From the NCBI GenBank assembly GCA_045642205.1, contig JAZUIK010000181.1, forward strand, positions 5,306 to 69,305: 64,000 nt of DNA, in the 5' to 3' direction. The translations under genes and the position numbers were made by a program. Position 1 is the stretch's first letter, and each line of letters opens with the position of its first letter. Of this stretch, positions 29,681 through 37,766 are shown piece after piece. The notes beneath the pieces are model-generated. The model was not told the DNA's origin, did no database searches, and saw only the letters and a list, made by a program, of their open reading frames with translations. Source of the DNA: Bianqueaceae bacterium (lineage in GTDB: Bacteria; Bacillota; Clostridia; Lachnospirales; Bianqueaceae).

Positions 29681-30640
29681 ATGGCAACAGCGAAAAAGAG
29701 AGGATTAGGACGAGGATTGAATGCCCTGATCGGTGGCGCAGAGGATACGACACCGGTACAGCCGATCGAAAAAGAAACAAAAAAATCTACAGCAGCTAAG
29801 AAGCCCGCTGCAGAAAAGAAAACGGAGACTAAAAAAGACCTTTCAGGGATCCAGATGCTCGATACAGCACTGTTGAGCCCGGATAAGACTCAGCCTCGTA
29901 AGAATTTTGATGAAGCAGCCCTGAGTGAACTGGCAGATTCGATCAAGCAGTTTGGTGTTCTGGAACCTCTGCTGGTCCAGAAAAAGGACGATTATTATCA
30001 GATCATTGCAGGAGAAAGACGTTTTCGAGCTGCGATCAAAGCAGGACTTAAGAAGATCCCTGTTCTGATCAAGGAGTACAATGCCCAGGAGATCCTGGAA
30101 GTTTCTTTGATCGAGAATATCCAGAGAGAAAATCTGGATCCCATTGAAGAAGCACAGGCTTATCAGCGTCTGGCAGAAGAATATCATCTGACACAGGAAG
30201 ACATTGCATCCAAGGTGGGAAAGAGCCGCCCGGCAGTAGCCAATGCCCTGAGACTTCTCCGCCTGGATCCGGAACTTCGTACCATGGTAGCTGAGGGAAG
30301 TTTATCGACTGGACATGCCAAGGTTCTGTTAGGAGTAGAGAATACAGACCTGCGTCAGGCTCTGGCAAAGAAATGCATCAGTGATAATTGGAGTGTCCGT
30401 CAGCTGGAGAAGGCCGTGGAAGCAGCTTCCAAAGTAAAGGAAGATCCCTCTGAGGATGAGGATCCAATGAAGCGCGCTGAAAAACTGGCGTTTGATGCAG
30501 CCGGAGAAGAGATGCAGAAGATCTTTGGAACGAAAGTACAGATCCTTCCCGGAAAGAAGAAGGGTCGGATTGAGATCGAATATTATTCGGAGGACGAATT
30601 GGAGCGACTTCTTGGAATGCTCCGTTCACTGAAAGCATGA
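29681..30640 (+). CDS. spo0J: chromosome partitioning protein ParB/Spo0J
   Basis: ParB box GERRFRAA plus an HTH region (QEDIASKVGKSRPAVANALRLL). Confidence 0.95.
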   Translation: MATAKKRGLGRGLNALIGGAEDTTPVQPIEKETKKSTAAKKPAAEKKTETKKDLSGIQMLDTALLSPDKTQPRKNFDEAALSELADSIKQFGVLEPLLVQKKDDYYQIIAGERRFRAAIKAGLKKIPVLIKEYNAQEILEVSLIENIQRENLDPIEEAQAYQRLAEEYHLTQEDIASKVGKSRPAVANALRLLRLDPELRTMVAEGSLSTGHAKVLLGVENTDLRQALAKKCISDNWSVRQLEKAVEAASKVKEDPSEDEDPMKRAEKLAFDAAGEEMQKIFGTKVQILPGKKKGRIEIEYYSEDELERLLGMLRSLKA

Positions 30641-31482
30641 TTAAACTGATCGCATTGGATCTGGATGGTACACTGTTATCCGATAACAAAACAGTGTGCA
30701 CTGCTAATAAGGAAGCAATTAAGAAGGCAATCGACAAAGGGCTCAAAGTCGTTTTGTGTTCAGGAAGATCGCAGCAGAGTCTTGCGGTTCTCATGGAAGA
30801 GTTGCAGCTCAATGTTCCCGGTCAGTATGGTATTGCCCTGAATGGTGCGATCGTCTTTGCTGCAGATAGCGGCAAGATCATGGCATCGTCCTACATGCAG
30901 GATGAGGCAGCCAGAGAGATCGTCCGTATGGGAGTTCCTATGATGGACGAATTGAATATTCAGCTGTATACAGATGACAATATCTATGTGCAGCGCTGGG
31001 ATGAGACAACGACTTTCTATGAAAAGGTAACCCATACACATCCGGTGGTTGTCGAGGATCTTCTGACGAAAGCTTCGAATGTTATCAAGATGAGCTATTT
31101 CCAAAGGACCGGAAAGGAACCGGATGTAAAGGCGCCTTTGAATGGGATCCTGGAATTAAAATCCAGAGTTGAGGGAAATCTTCCCAGAGGTGTCGTAGGC
31201 AATGTGACGGCTCCGTATCTGTTGGAGTTTCTGGATGAAAAGGTAGATAAGGGTGTCGGAATGGATACCCTTGGCAAGATCCTTGGAATCAGCAAAGACG
31301 AGATGATGGCGGTCGGAGATCTGGAAAATGATCTCTCTATGATCCGCTATGCAGGAATCGGTGTTGCCATGAAAAACGGTGCGCCGGCAGTAAAAGAGGC
31401 AGCAGATTACATCACCGAAAGGACCAATAACGAAGGTGGCGTTGCGGAAGTCATCGAGAAATTCGCGTTGATCGAGCCTTAA
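30637..31482 (+). CDS. Cof-type HAD-IIB family hydrolase
   Basis: Motif I DLDGTLL and motif IV GDLENDLSM, with an ATGA overlap with spo0J. Confidence 0.85.
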   Translation: MIKLIALDLDGTLLSDNKTVCTANKEAIKKAIDKGLKVVLCSGRSQQSLAVLMEELQLNVPGQYGIALNGAIVFAADSGKIMASSYMQDEAAREIVRMGVPMMDELNIQLYTDDNIYVQRWDETTTFYEKVTHTHPVVVEDLLTKASNVIKMSYFQRTGKEPDVKAPLNGILELKSRVEGNLPRGVVGNVTAPYLLEFLDEKVDKGVGMDTLGKILGISKDEMMAVGDLENDLSMIRYAGIGVAMKNGAPAVKEAADYITERTNNEGGVAEVIEKFALIEP

Positions 31483-31506
31483 ACAAAAAGTGCAGAGAAA
31501 ATTCGT

Positions 31507-31535
31507 TTGCTTTTAACAGGGAAAAACGATATAAT
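31507..31535 (+). promoter_or_regulatory. promoter TTGCTT-17-TATAAT for tRNA-Arg(CCG)
   Basis: TTGCTT at 31507-31512, a 17-nt spacer, then TATAAT at 31530-31535. This implies a leader of about 95 nt. Confidence 0.55.
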
Positions 31536-31579
31536 CAAATCTCCGCAGAAGAATTCCGCGGAGATTTGAAGAATAATTG

Positions 31580-31636
31580 GGAGTTTGCTTGCAAACTCCT
31601 TAAGTTCCAGAAGGCATTGAGCCTTCTGGAACTTAT
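31580..31636 (+). repeat. double-hairpin leader element abutting tRNA-Arg(CCG)
   Basis: GGAGTTTG-CTTG-CAAACTCC, TTAAG, TTCCAGAAGGC-ATTGA-GCCTTCTGGAA, CTTAT, then tRNA position 1. A third hairpin, AAATCTCCGC/GCGGAGATTT, lies at 31537-31567. Confidence 0.65.
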
Positions 31637-31709
31637 GCATCCGTAGCTCAGGGGATAGAGCGGCGGTTTCCGGAACCGCGCGTCGGGGGTTCGAATCCCT
31701 CCGGGTGTA
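31637..31709 (+). tRNA. tRNA-Arg (anticodon CCG)
   Basis: Manual cloverleaf: acceptor GCATCCG/CGGGTGT, D arm GCTC-AGGGGATA-GAGC, anticodon arm GCGGT-TTCCGGA-ACCGC, T arm GGGGG-TTCGAAT-CCCTC, discriminator A. No CCA is encoded. Confidence 0.9.
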
Positions 31710-31711
31710 CT

Positions 31712-31747
31712 AAAAAAGCAGTGACTGTGATGTCACTGCTTTTTTTC
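31712..31747. terminator. bidirectional terminator
   Basis: AGCAGTGAC / GTCACTGCT stem between an A6 run and a T7 run. It overlaps the stop of the convergent PAP2-like gene. Confidence 0.7.
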
Positions 31748-32431
31748 TTGGCCGGAAGGACCAACGATGAGACGCTTGAGTTTCATGTAGATGGCAGGCT
31801 GGGAGATCTGCAGACAGATCTCTGCCAGAGCGATGCCGCTGATAGTGTCCCAGATCAGATGCTGCTTTACCAATAGGGTGGAAGCAAAGACACAGAAAGA
31901 AAAGGCGGAAGAAAAAGTGATCTGCCAGTGTTTTGCTTCATGATCACGTCGAGTGCTGAAAATATAACGAAGGACAAACCAGCTCTGGATACAATGAAGG
32001 GAGGGAAGCAGCTCGGTTGGAGTATCACTGGCATAGATCCAGCGGGTGATGATGGAAAAGATGTCAGTGCCGGTGACATCCGGACGGTTCATTGTGATGG
32101 GAGCTACCAGAAAGATCACAGCGGTGATCGTACAGGCTAAAAGCTCAGCAAAAACATAGCGATAGGGCTGATCACTCTTTTCAAGGAGCAGGCGCAGATA
32201 ATAGATGAACCACTGGACATATGCGCCCACATAAAAGACGATAAAAAAGGGAACAAAGGGAATGATCTCATCCAAAGAGGTGGAGATCAAATGGTAATGT
32301 TCACTATGTAGTATAGATCTTGGGATAGCATAGGACAGGCAATGAAAAACAAATGTACCAAGAACTACAAGAAATCGTCTTAAGAAGAGCCAGGGATCTT
32401 TGCGGATTCTTAATATAATTTCGTTAATCAT
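31733..32431 (-). CDS. PAP2-superfamily membrane protein (PAP2_3-like)
   Basis: Multi-TM protein with LPSLHCI ... KQHLIWDTISGIALAE, resembling the PSxH / HxxxD acid-phosphatase motifs. Confidence 0.6.
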   Translation of the reverse strand: MINEIILRIRKDPWLFLRRFLVVLGTFVFHCLSYAIPRSILHSEHYHLISTSLDEIIPFVPFFIVFYVGAYVQWFIYYLRLLLEKSDQPYRYVFAELLACTITAVIFLVAPITMNRPDVTGTDIFSIITRWIYASDTPTELLPSLHCIQSWFVLRYIFSTRRDHEAKHWQITFSSAFSFCVFASTLLVKQHLIWDTISGIALAEICLQISQPAIYMKLKRLIVGPSGQEKKQ

Positions 32432-32729
32432 GGTTAATTAATTGCGGGTGTGTTGTTTTTTTAACGAACGAAACACATTATAGCAAAAGAATACACAAAA
32501 GAAAAGTGACTGCACGTTAAGGTTACATGAAGAAACGATGAAGGGAAAATACGTCTGAAAAGTATGGTCCAGCACGAAGAAGAAAGACTCGAAATTTTAA
32601 CTGGACAGTTGTTCAAAGGGGGACTTTCGTGCTATTATTATATACACGTCTTTTCTGCTCTTTGGATGTTTCGAAGACGGAAAAGGTACTCATGCGCTAT
32701 GCAATTTATAGCATCAGGAGGTAAACATT

Positions 32730-34118
32730 TTGGAAAAGAAATCCTTGTGGCTGACTTACAGCGACGAACGCAAAAAGGAAGCCTTTGACTTTAACGAAGG
32801 ATACAAGGCATACATGTCTAAGTGCAAGACGGAGCGCGAGTCTGTAGCAGAAGTCATTCGTATGGCAGAAGCAAAGGGCTATCGTAATCTGGAAGAACTC
32901 ATCGCAAAGGGTGAGAAGCTTGTACCCGGAGATAAGGTATATGCAAACAACAGAGATAAGTCCGCAATGCTCTTCCAGCTTGGAAGCGAAGATCTGACCA
33001 AGGGCCTCAGCATTCTGGGTGCTCATGTCGATTCTCCCAGACTTGACCTCAAGCCCAATCCCCTGTATGAGGATTCTGAGTTTGCTATGTTCAAGACTCA
33101 TTACTACGGCGGAATCAAGAAGTTCCAGTGGGTCACCCTGCCTCTGGCAATCCATGGTGTGATCGCAAAGAAGGACGGAACCAAGCTGAATGTTGTCATT
33201 GGTGAAGATCCTTCCGATCCGGTTCTTGGTATTTCCGACATCCTTCCCCATCTTGGCAAGGACCAGAGAGGTAAGTCTCTTGGCGAAGCTTTCACCGGTG
33301 AGGATCTGAATGTTAACGTAGGAAGCATTCCTGTAACGGACGCAGATGCAAAGGAAGCTGTAAAGAAGAATATCCTTAATATCCTGAAGGAAAAGTATGA
33401 CATGACCGAAGAAGATTTTAATTCTTCCGAGTTCGAGATCGTTCCTGCAGGTGCTGCTCGTGACCTCGGTCTGGATCGTAGTATGGTCCTGGCATATGGC
33501 CATGACGATCGTGTCTGTGCTTATACTTCCGCCGCTGCTCAGCTGGAGTTTGCAGATACTATCCCCACCAAGTCTTTCGTTACCCTGCTGGTCGATAAGG
33601 AAGAGATCGGTTCTGTCGGTGCAACCGGTATGAAGAGCCGTTTCTTTGAGAACTGCATGGCTGAGATCATGGAGCTGGCTGGTTGCTACAGCGAACTGAA
33701 GCTTCGTCGTATGCTGGCTGCTTCCAAGATGCTTTCTTCTGACGTAAGTGCAGGCTTCGACCCCAACTATGCCGGAGTTCATGAGAGAAATAATGCTCCC
33801 TTCCTTGGCTATGGTCCGGTTCTGCATAAGTACACCGGTTCCGGCGGAAAGAGCGGTTCCAACGATGCTCCTCCGGAGTACATTGCTTCTCTTCGTAAGA
33901 TCTGGGAAGATAGCGATGTTCGTTTCCAGATGGCTGAACTTGGTAAGGTTGACCAGGGCGGCGGTGGAACGATTGCTTTCATCCTGGCTGAGTATTCCAT
34001 GGATGTCATTGACCTTGGTGTTCCGCTTCACAGCATGCATGCACCTTGGGAAGTAGCTTCCAAGGCTGATGTATACGAGACCTATCGTGCATACATCTCC
34101 TTCCTGCAGAACGCTTGA
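32730..34118 (+). CDS. M18 family aminopeptidase
   Basis: GAHVDSPRLDLKPNP, HYYGGIKKFQW and MHAPWE motifs. TTG start 9 nt after AGGAGG. Confidence 0.9.
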   Translation: MEKKSLWLTYSDERKKEAFDFNEGYKAYMSKCKTERESVAEVIRMAEAKGYRNLEELIAKGEKLVPGDKVYANNRDKSAMLFQLGSEDLTKGLSILGAHVDSPRLDLKPNPLYEDSEFAMFKTHYYGGIKKFQWVTLPLAIHGVIAKKDGTKLNVVIGEDPSDPVLGISDILPHLGKDQRGKSLGEAFTGEDLNVNVGSIPVTDADAKEAVKKNILNILKEKYDMTEEDFNSSEFEIVPAGAARDLGLDRSMVLAYGHDDRVCAYTSAAAQLEFADTIPTKSFVTLLVDKEEIGSVGATGMKSRFFENCMAEIMELAGCYSELKLRRMLAASKMLSSDVSAGFDPNYAGVHERNNAPFLGYGPVLHKYTGSGGKSGSNDAPPEYIASLRKIWEDSDVRFQMAELGKVDQGGGGTIAFILAEYSMDVIDLGVPLHSMHAPWEVASKADVYETYRAYISFLQNA

Positions 34119-34141
34119 TCCAAGAATAATTGATATAATAA

Positions 34142-34197
34142 GGAGTTTGTTGTAAACTCCTTAAGATCAAGAAGGCGTTGAGCCTTCTTGATCTTAT
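34142..34197 (+). repeat. double-hairpin leader element abutting tRNA-Arg(CCU)
   Basis: GGAGTTTG-TTG-TAAACTCC, TTAAG, ATCAAGAAGGC-GTTGA-GCCTTCTTGAT, CTTAT, then tRNA position 1. An extended -10 TGATATAAT lies at 34131-34139. Confidence 0.65.
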
Positions 34198-34270
34198 GCG
34201 CCTGTAGCTCAGGGGATAGAGCAGTGGTTTCCTAAACCATGTGCCGGAGGTTCGAATCCTCTCAGGCGTA
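34198..34270 (+). tRNA. tRNA-Arg (anticodon CCU)
   Basis: Acceptor GCGCCTG/CAGGCGT, same D arm as the CCG tRNA, anticodon arm GTGGT-TTCCTAA-ACCAT, T arm GGAGG-TTCGAAT-CCTCT. No CCA is encoded. Confidence 0.9.
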
Positions 34271-34317
34271 CTTAGAACACCTTCCTATAGACGAGAGAAG
34301 AAGGGGCTTAGACAGAA

Positions 34318-34908
34318 ATGACGGAGAGATCCTTGACGAAAGTGATCCGTGAATCACTGAATTCCCAGCGCCAGGAGACGGAACTTACTGTTCTGCAGGA
34401 GATGGGAAGTTGGATACTCATTATTATCGTTGCGCTAGCAGCAGCGATCATGATGAATACCTTTATTATCGTAAATGCACAGGTTACCAGTGGTTCTATG
34501 GAAAGAACCATTATGACAGGAGACAGAGTTCTTGGATTAAGAACGGTCTACTGGTTTCAGGAGCCTAAGCAGGGAGATATTGTGTTTTTCAGAAACCCTG
34601 ACAAGGAGTCTGAGATCTTCGTTAAGCGTTTGATCGGTGTTCCCGGTGATGTAATCGAAGTCAAGGGCGGCGTTACCTATGTCAATGGTGCCAAGATCGA
34701 TGAGCCTTATCTGGCAGAGACACCCAAAGCATTAGATTTTGGCCCCTATCATGTTCCGGAAGGACACTATTTCATGATGGGTGATAATCGAAATCATTCC
34801 AATGATTCCAGATACTGGGCCCACACTTTTGTGGCGAGAAACAAGATACTGGGTAAAGCCTATTGGGTCTATTATCCAAGATTCGAAAGTGTCGAACACG
34901 GCAACTGA
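34318..34908 (+). CDS. lepB: signal peptidase I
   Basis: SGSMERT (catalytic Ser), VKRLIGVPGD (Lys) and GDNRNHSNDSR boxes, with an N-terminal TM helix. Confidence 0.9.
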   Translation: MTERSLTKVIRESLNSQRQETELTVLQEMGSWILIIIVALAAAIMMNTFIIVNAQVTSGSMERTIMTGDRVLGLRTVYWFQEPKQGDIVFFRNPDKESEIFVKRLIGVPGDVIEVKGGVTYVNGAKIDEPYLAETPKALDFGPYHVPEGHYFMMGDNRNHSNDSRYWAHTFVARNKILGKAYWVYYPRFESVEHGN

Positions 34909-34932
34909 GAAAAATATTTTTACAAAAGATCA

Positions 34933-34957
34933 GACCGGTGTAAAACCGGTCTTTTTT
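34933..34957 (+). terminator. intrinsic terminator after lepB
   Basis: GACCGGT-GTAAA-ACCGGTC followed by TTTTTT. Confidence 0.65.
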
Positions 34958-35000
34958 ATTCAACCGAAGCAATGAGTACGATGCTCGGGAAGGAGAGATT

Positions 35001-36032
35001 ATGAAGAAACTGAAGATCGGTGTTATCGGTGCCGGTGGAATTGCCAAGAAGAGAACGATTCCCGGAATCCTGAAAGCACAGAATGTAGAATTGACAGCCA
35101 TCATGGACGTCAGTGAAGAGGTTCTCTCTTCTATGGCTCAGTGGGTCAAGGAACAGAATGGTTCTGATATCCTGACCTTTACGGACGCAAAAGCCTTGGT
35201 AGAGTGTCCTGAGGTAGACATCGTCTACATCGGTTCTCCTGTCTTCGCCCATAAGGAGCAGGTTGAACTCTGTGCGAAAGCCGGTAAGAGTGTCCTTTGC
35301 GAGAAGCCTTTAGGAAAGAGCGCCGAAGAAGTAGCAGAGATGGTCAAGATCTGCCGTGATGCCAAGATCCATGCCGGAACTGCTTTCATGATGCGTTTTC
35401 ATACCTTCCATCAGCAGCTGAAGAAGATGATCGAGGATGGCAAGTTTGGTCAGATCGTTTCTGCCAGAGTACAGCAGGTGTTCTGGTATCCTTCCATGCC
35501 CAATACCTGGAGACAGATCAAGGAACTGGGCGGTGGCGGAGCATTGATGGATGTGGGCGTCCATAATATCGACCTGGTGGAATATATTGTCGGAAGTAAG
35601 GTCAAGCAGATTACCGGATTCACGGAAACCAGAACCTTTGATTACAATGTAGATGATGTCTGCAATCTGCTGATCAAGCTGGAGAATGGTGCCGTTGCGT
35701 ATATCGATGGAGCATTCAATGAGTTCCAGGGACCGGAGGGAAGCCTTCTGGAGATCTATGGAACCAAGGGAACAGCTATCTTACGAAACAGTGTCGGTCA
35801 GGTAGAGGGTGGTACCGTGGAAGGTATGATCCGTAATGAGAACGGCGGATGGGAACCCCTGAAGCTGGAGGATAACTTCTCTGACATGTATACTAAGGAA
35901 GTAGATGCTTTCGCACAGTCCGTTCTGGAAAATACCGAAGAGCCTGTTCCGATCGAGCAGGGACTGTGGATCCAGCAGATCTCCGCAGCTGCTTATGAGG
36001 CACAGGAGAGCGGAAGAGTCGTACAGATGTAA
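35001..36032 (+). CDS. Gfo/Idh/MocA family oxidoreductase
   Basis: N-terminal Rossmann motif KIGVIGAGGIAKK and an EKP motif (VLCEKPL). Confidence 0.85.
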   Translation: MKKLKIGVIGAGGIAKKRTIPGILKAQNVELTAIMDVSEEVLSSMAQWVKEQNGSDILTFTDAKALVECPEVDIVYIGSPVFAHKEQVELCAKAGKSVLCEKPLGKSAEEVAEMVKICRDAKIHAGTAFMMRFHTFHQQLKKMIEDGKFGQIVSARVQQVFWYPSMPNTWRQIKELGGGGALMDVGVHNIDLVEYIVGSKVKQITGFTETRTFDYNVDDVCNLLIKLENGAVAYIDGAFNEFQGPEGSLLEIYGTKGTAILRNSVGQVEGGTVEGMIRNENGGWEPLKLEDNFSDMYTKEVDAFAQSVLENTEEPVPIEQGLWIQQISAAAYEAQESGRVVQM

Positions 36033-36067
36033 TATATAGATAGAAATATTATCGATAATATAGAGAG

Positions 36068-36110
36068 CTCCGATCAAAGCAAGATAGCCCGCTTTGATCG
36101 GAGTTCTTTT
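36068..36110 (+). terminator. intrinsic terminator
   Basis: 13-bp stem CTCCGATCAAAGC / GCTTTGATCGGAG followed by TTCTTTT. Confidence 0.65.
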
Positions 36111-36168
36111 GTATCCGGTATGTGAATTGAAACAGCTTTGCTATGAAAGAATCTGTGGAAAGAGAACA

Positions 36169-36771
36169 TCAGATTTTTTCTATGATCATTGCCTGGCAGC
36201 CCTGGGCTTTGTATCCCGCAAGAACTGCTTCCTCGGAAAAGTGAGCGCGTTCGCCGCTGGTAGGATCATTGAAGATAAACCCGTCATCATCGTAACCGAT
36301 AAGCAGGGTGCAATGCATGGGAGAATACCACTCGATGGTTCGTCCTTCCGGAGTCGTCCAGCAAAGACTCTTTCTGGGGGCGGCAAAGTTGATGGTGCCC
36401 CAGAAGATAACGGGAATATCCTGGTCAATAAAGGTCTTCAGCTCGTCCAGAGTCTTGGAATAGTAGATCGTGGGCTGATATCCCGGAATCTTATGGACTG
36501 CCTTTTCCAGAACAGGAGCGAAGCAGCCCCAACCTTCATCCATGGAGTAAGGGTTGCCGGGGAAACATTTCCAGGGGTCATCCCCGGTATAGGTGCCATC
36601 TGTCTGCTTGGTAGGCATCTTTCCTTTTTCGAGGATATTGTCGATGAAGTCATCCACGGTACCGGTATAACCAAGATATTGAAGGGCCATGATGCAGGCA
36701 ACACTCTCACATCCGGTAGGATACTTGATCAGCTGAGAAATAAAAGGAACGCCTTCGATAAGATGAGACAT
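36169..36771 (-). CDS. C39-like cysteine peptidase domain protein
   Basis: PFISQLIKYPTGCESVACIMALQYLG resembles the Peptidase_C39_2 catalytic Cys region. ATG 36771 follows GGGAGG. The track extension to 36885 overlaps the tRNA-Leu promoter. Confidence 0.6.
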   Translation of the reverse strand: MSHLIEGVPFISQLIKYPTGCESVACIMALQYLGYTGTVDDFIDNILEKGKMPTKQTDGTYTGDDPWKCFPGNPYSMDEGWGCFAPVLEKAVHKIPGYQPTIYYSKTLDELKTFIDQDIPVIFWGTINFAAPRKSLCWTTPEGRTIEWYSPMHCTLLIGYDDDGFIFNDPTSGERAHFSEEAVLAGYKAQGCQAMIIEKI

Positions 36772-36851
36772 GGAAACCTCCCTGAAATCTGGTGATAGAT
36801 ACGTAAATTGTGTATAGGACAGTATATCACAAAAAGGAAGAAAGAATATGC

Positions 36852-36880
36852 TTGACATTGTGAGCGTATAATGATAGAAT
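36852..36880 (+). promoter_or_regulatory. promoter TTGACA-17-TAGAAT (TG-extended) for tRNA-Leu
   Basis: TTGACA at 36852-36857, a 17-nt spacer, then TGATAGAAT ending at 36880, about 25 nt before the tRNA. Confidence 0.6.
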
Positions 36881-36904
36881 AACATTCGTCTTCAAAAGAG
36901 ATAT

Positions 36905-36992
36905 GCAGTGGTGGCGAAACTGGCAAACGCGCTAGACTAAGGATCTAGTGCCTAATACATACGGCTTGCGGGTTCAAGTCCCGCCCACTGCA
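36905..36992 (+). tRNA. tRNA-Leu, anticodon AAG (A34)
   Basis: Type II tRNA: acceptor GCAGTGG/CCACTGC, D stem GCG/CGC with GG in the loop, anticodon arm CTAGA-CTAAGGA-TCTAG (U33, A34 A35 G36, G37), long variable arm, T arm GCGGG-TTCAAGT-CCCGC, discriminator A. No CCA is encoded. Confidence 0.8.
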
Positions 36993-36998
36993 CTAAAT

Positions 36999-37030
36999 AA
37001 GCTCCGAACCAAGTGGTTCGGAGCTTTTCT
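36999..37030 (+). terminator. intrinsic terminator after tRNA-Leu
   Basis: AAGCTCCGAACC-AAGT-GGTTCGGAGCTT followed by TTCTT. Confidence 0.65.
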
Positions 37031-37076
37031 TATATCCGATCGATGTTCCCCCGGGACGGAGAGGAAAGGAGCAGCA

Positions 37077-37640
37077 ATGAAAGAAAAATTGATCATGATC
37101 GGCCTGGTGTTTGCGGGCGTGATCCTTTTGATGTTGGTCGTCTATTGGTTAAGACCAAGAGAAAAGTTTCCTTATGTAGAACGGGAACTGTTTTCGAAGA
37201 GGGAAGAAGCATTTTACCGTACTTTGGCGGCTGTGGCTCAGAAACATGGTTGGCTCCTTTTGGTAAAACTTCGTCTGGCGGATGTTCTTGCGGTAGCGCC
37301 AAAGACGGAGAACTATATGAGTTATTTTAATAAGATCAAGGCAAAGCATACAGATTTTGTTCTGTATGATCCCGAGACGTTGGAAGTGCTTTGCGGCGTC
37401 GAGCTGGATGATCCTTCTCATGAAAGAGAGGACAGAAAAGAGAGAGATCTGTTTGTGGACCGTGCCTATATGGCAGCCGGTATTCCTTTGGTCCACGTAT
37501 GGATGGAAGCGACGGAGGCCGAACTGGAAGAGGTTCTGCTAGCAGTCATTCCGGATCTGACAGAAGAAATGCCTGTCGCAGAAACAGTGATTTCAGGACA
37601 GCCATCGTTACCGGACTTATTAACCAACGAAGACGCCTGA
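37077..37640 (+). CDS. membrane-anchored DUF2726 domain protein (restriction-endonuclease-like fold)
   Basis: TM helix, then HTDFVLYD ... GVELDDPSH ... RKERDLFVDRAYMAAGIPLVHV, matching the DUF2726 pattern as I recall it. ATG 37077 follows GGAAAGGAG. The track start at 36948 lies inside the tRNA. Confidence 0.75.
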   Translation: MKEKLIMIGLVFAGVILLMLVVYWLRPREKFPYVERELFSKREEAFYRTLAAVAQKHGWLLLVKLRLADVLAVAPKTENYMSYFNKIKAKHTDFVLYDPETLEVLCGVELDDPSHEREDRKERDLFVDRAYMAAGIPLVHVWMEATEAELEEVLLAVIPDLTEEMPVAETVISGQPSLPDLLTNEDA

Positions 37641-37695
37641 TAATGCGACAGACAGAGATAAGAATTTTTACCTAACTACAGAGACAGAGAAACAG

Positions 37696-37750
37696 AAGAG
37701 CCATTTGGAAGCATTGCGTATGCACGATTCCAAATGGCTCTTTTGTTTCT
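37696..37750. terminator. bidirectional terminator
   Basis: 15-bp stem AAGAGCCATTTGGAA / TTCCAAATGGCTCTT followed by TTGTTTCTT. Confidence 0.65.
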
Positions 37751-37766
37751 TGAAATTTATGTAATG

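Noticed and set aside
32706-34040. 444-aa minus-strand ORF overlapping the M18 aminopeptidase gene.
   Set aside because: The + strand product has clear M18 motifs and an AGGAGG-TTG start. The minus ORF has no motif or RBS and fits the same shadow-ORF pattern.
31637-37030. Genomic island or prophage integrated at one of the three tRNA genes.
   Set aside because: There is no integrase, recombinase, phage or transposase gene and no direct repeat of a tRNA 3' end. The intervening genes are ordinary housekeeping or metabolic genes.
36948-37076. N-terminal extension of the DUF2726 ORF. Similar track extensions occur at 21345-21437, 22985-23011, 25691-23, 43161-43241, 61960-62127, 36772-36885 and 16057-16104.
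   Set aside because: The extensions run through a tRNA gene, terminators, promoters or the upstream gene. In every case an internal ATG with a good Shine-Dalgarno marks the start of the conserved protein.
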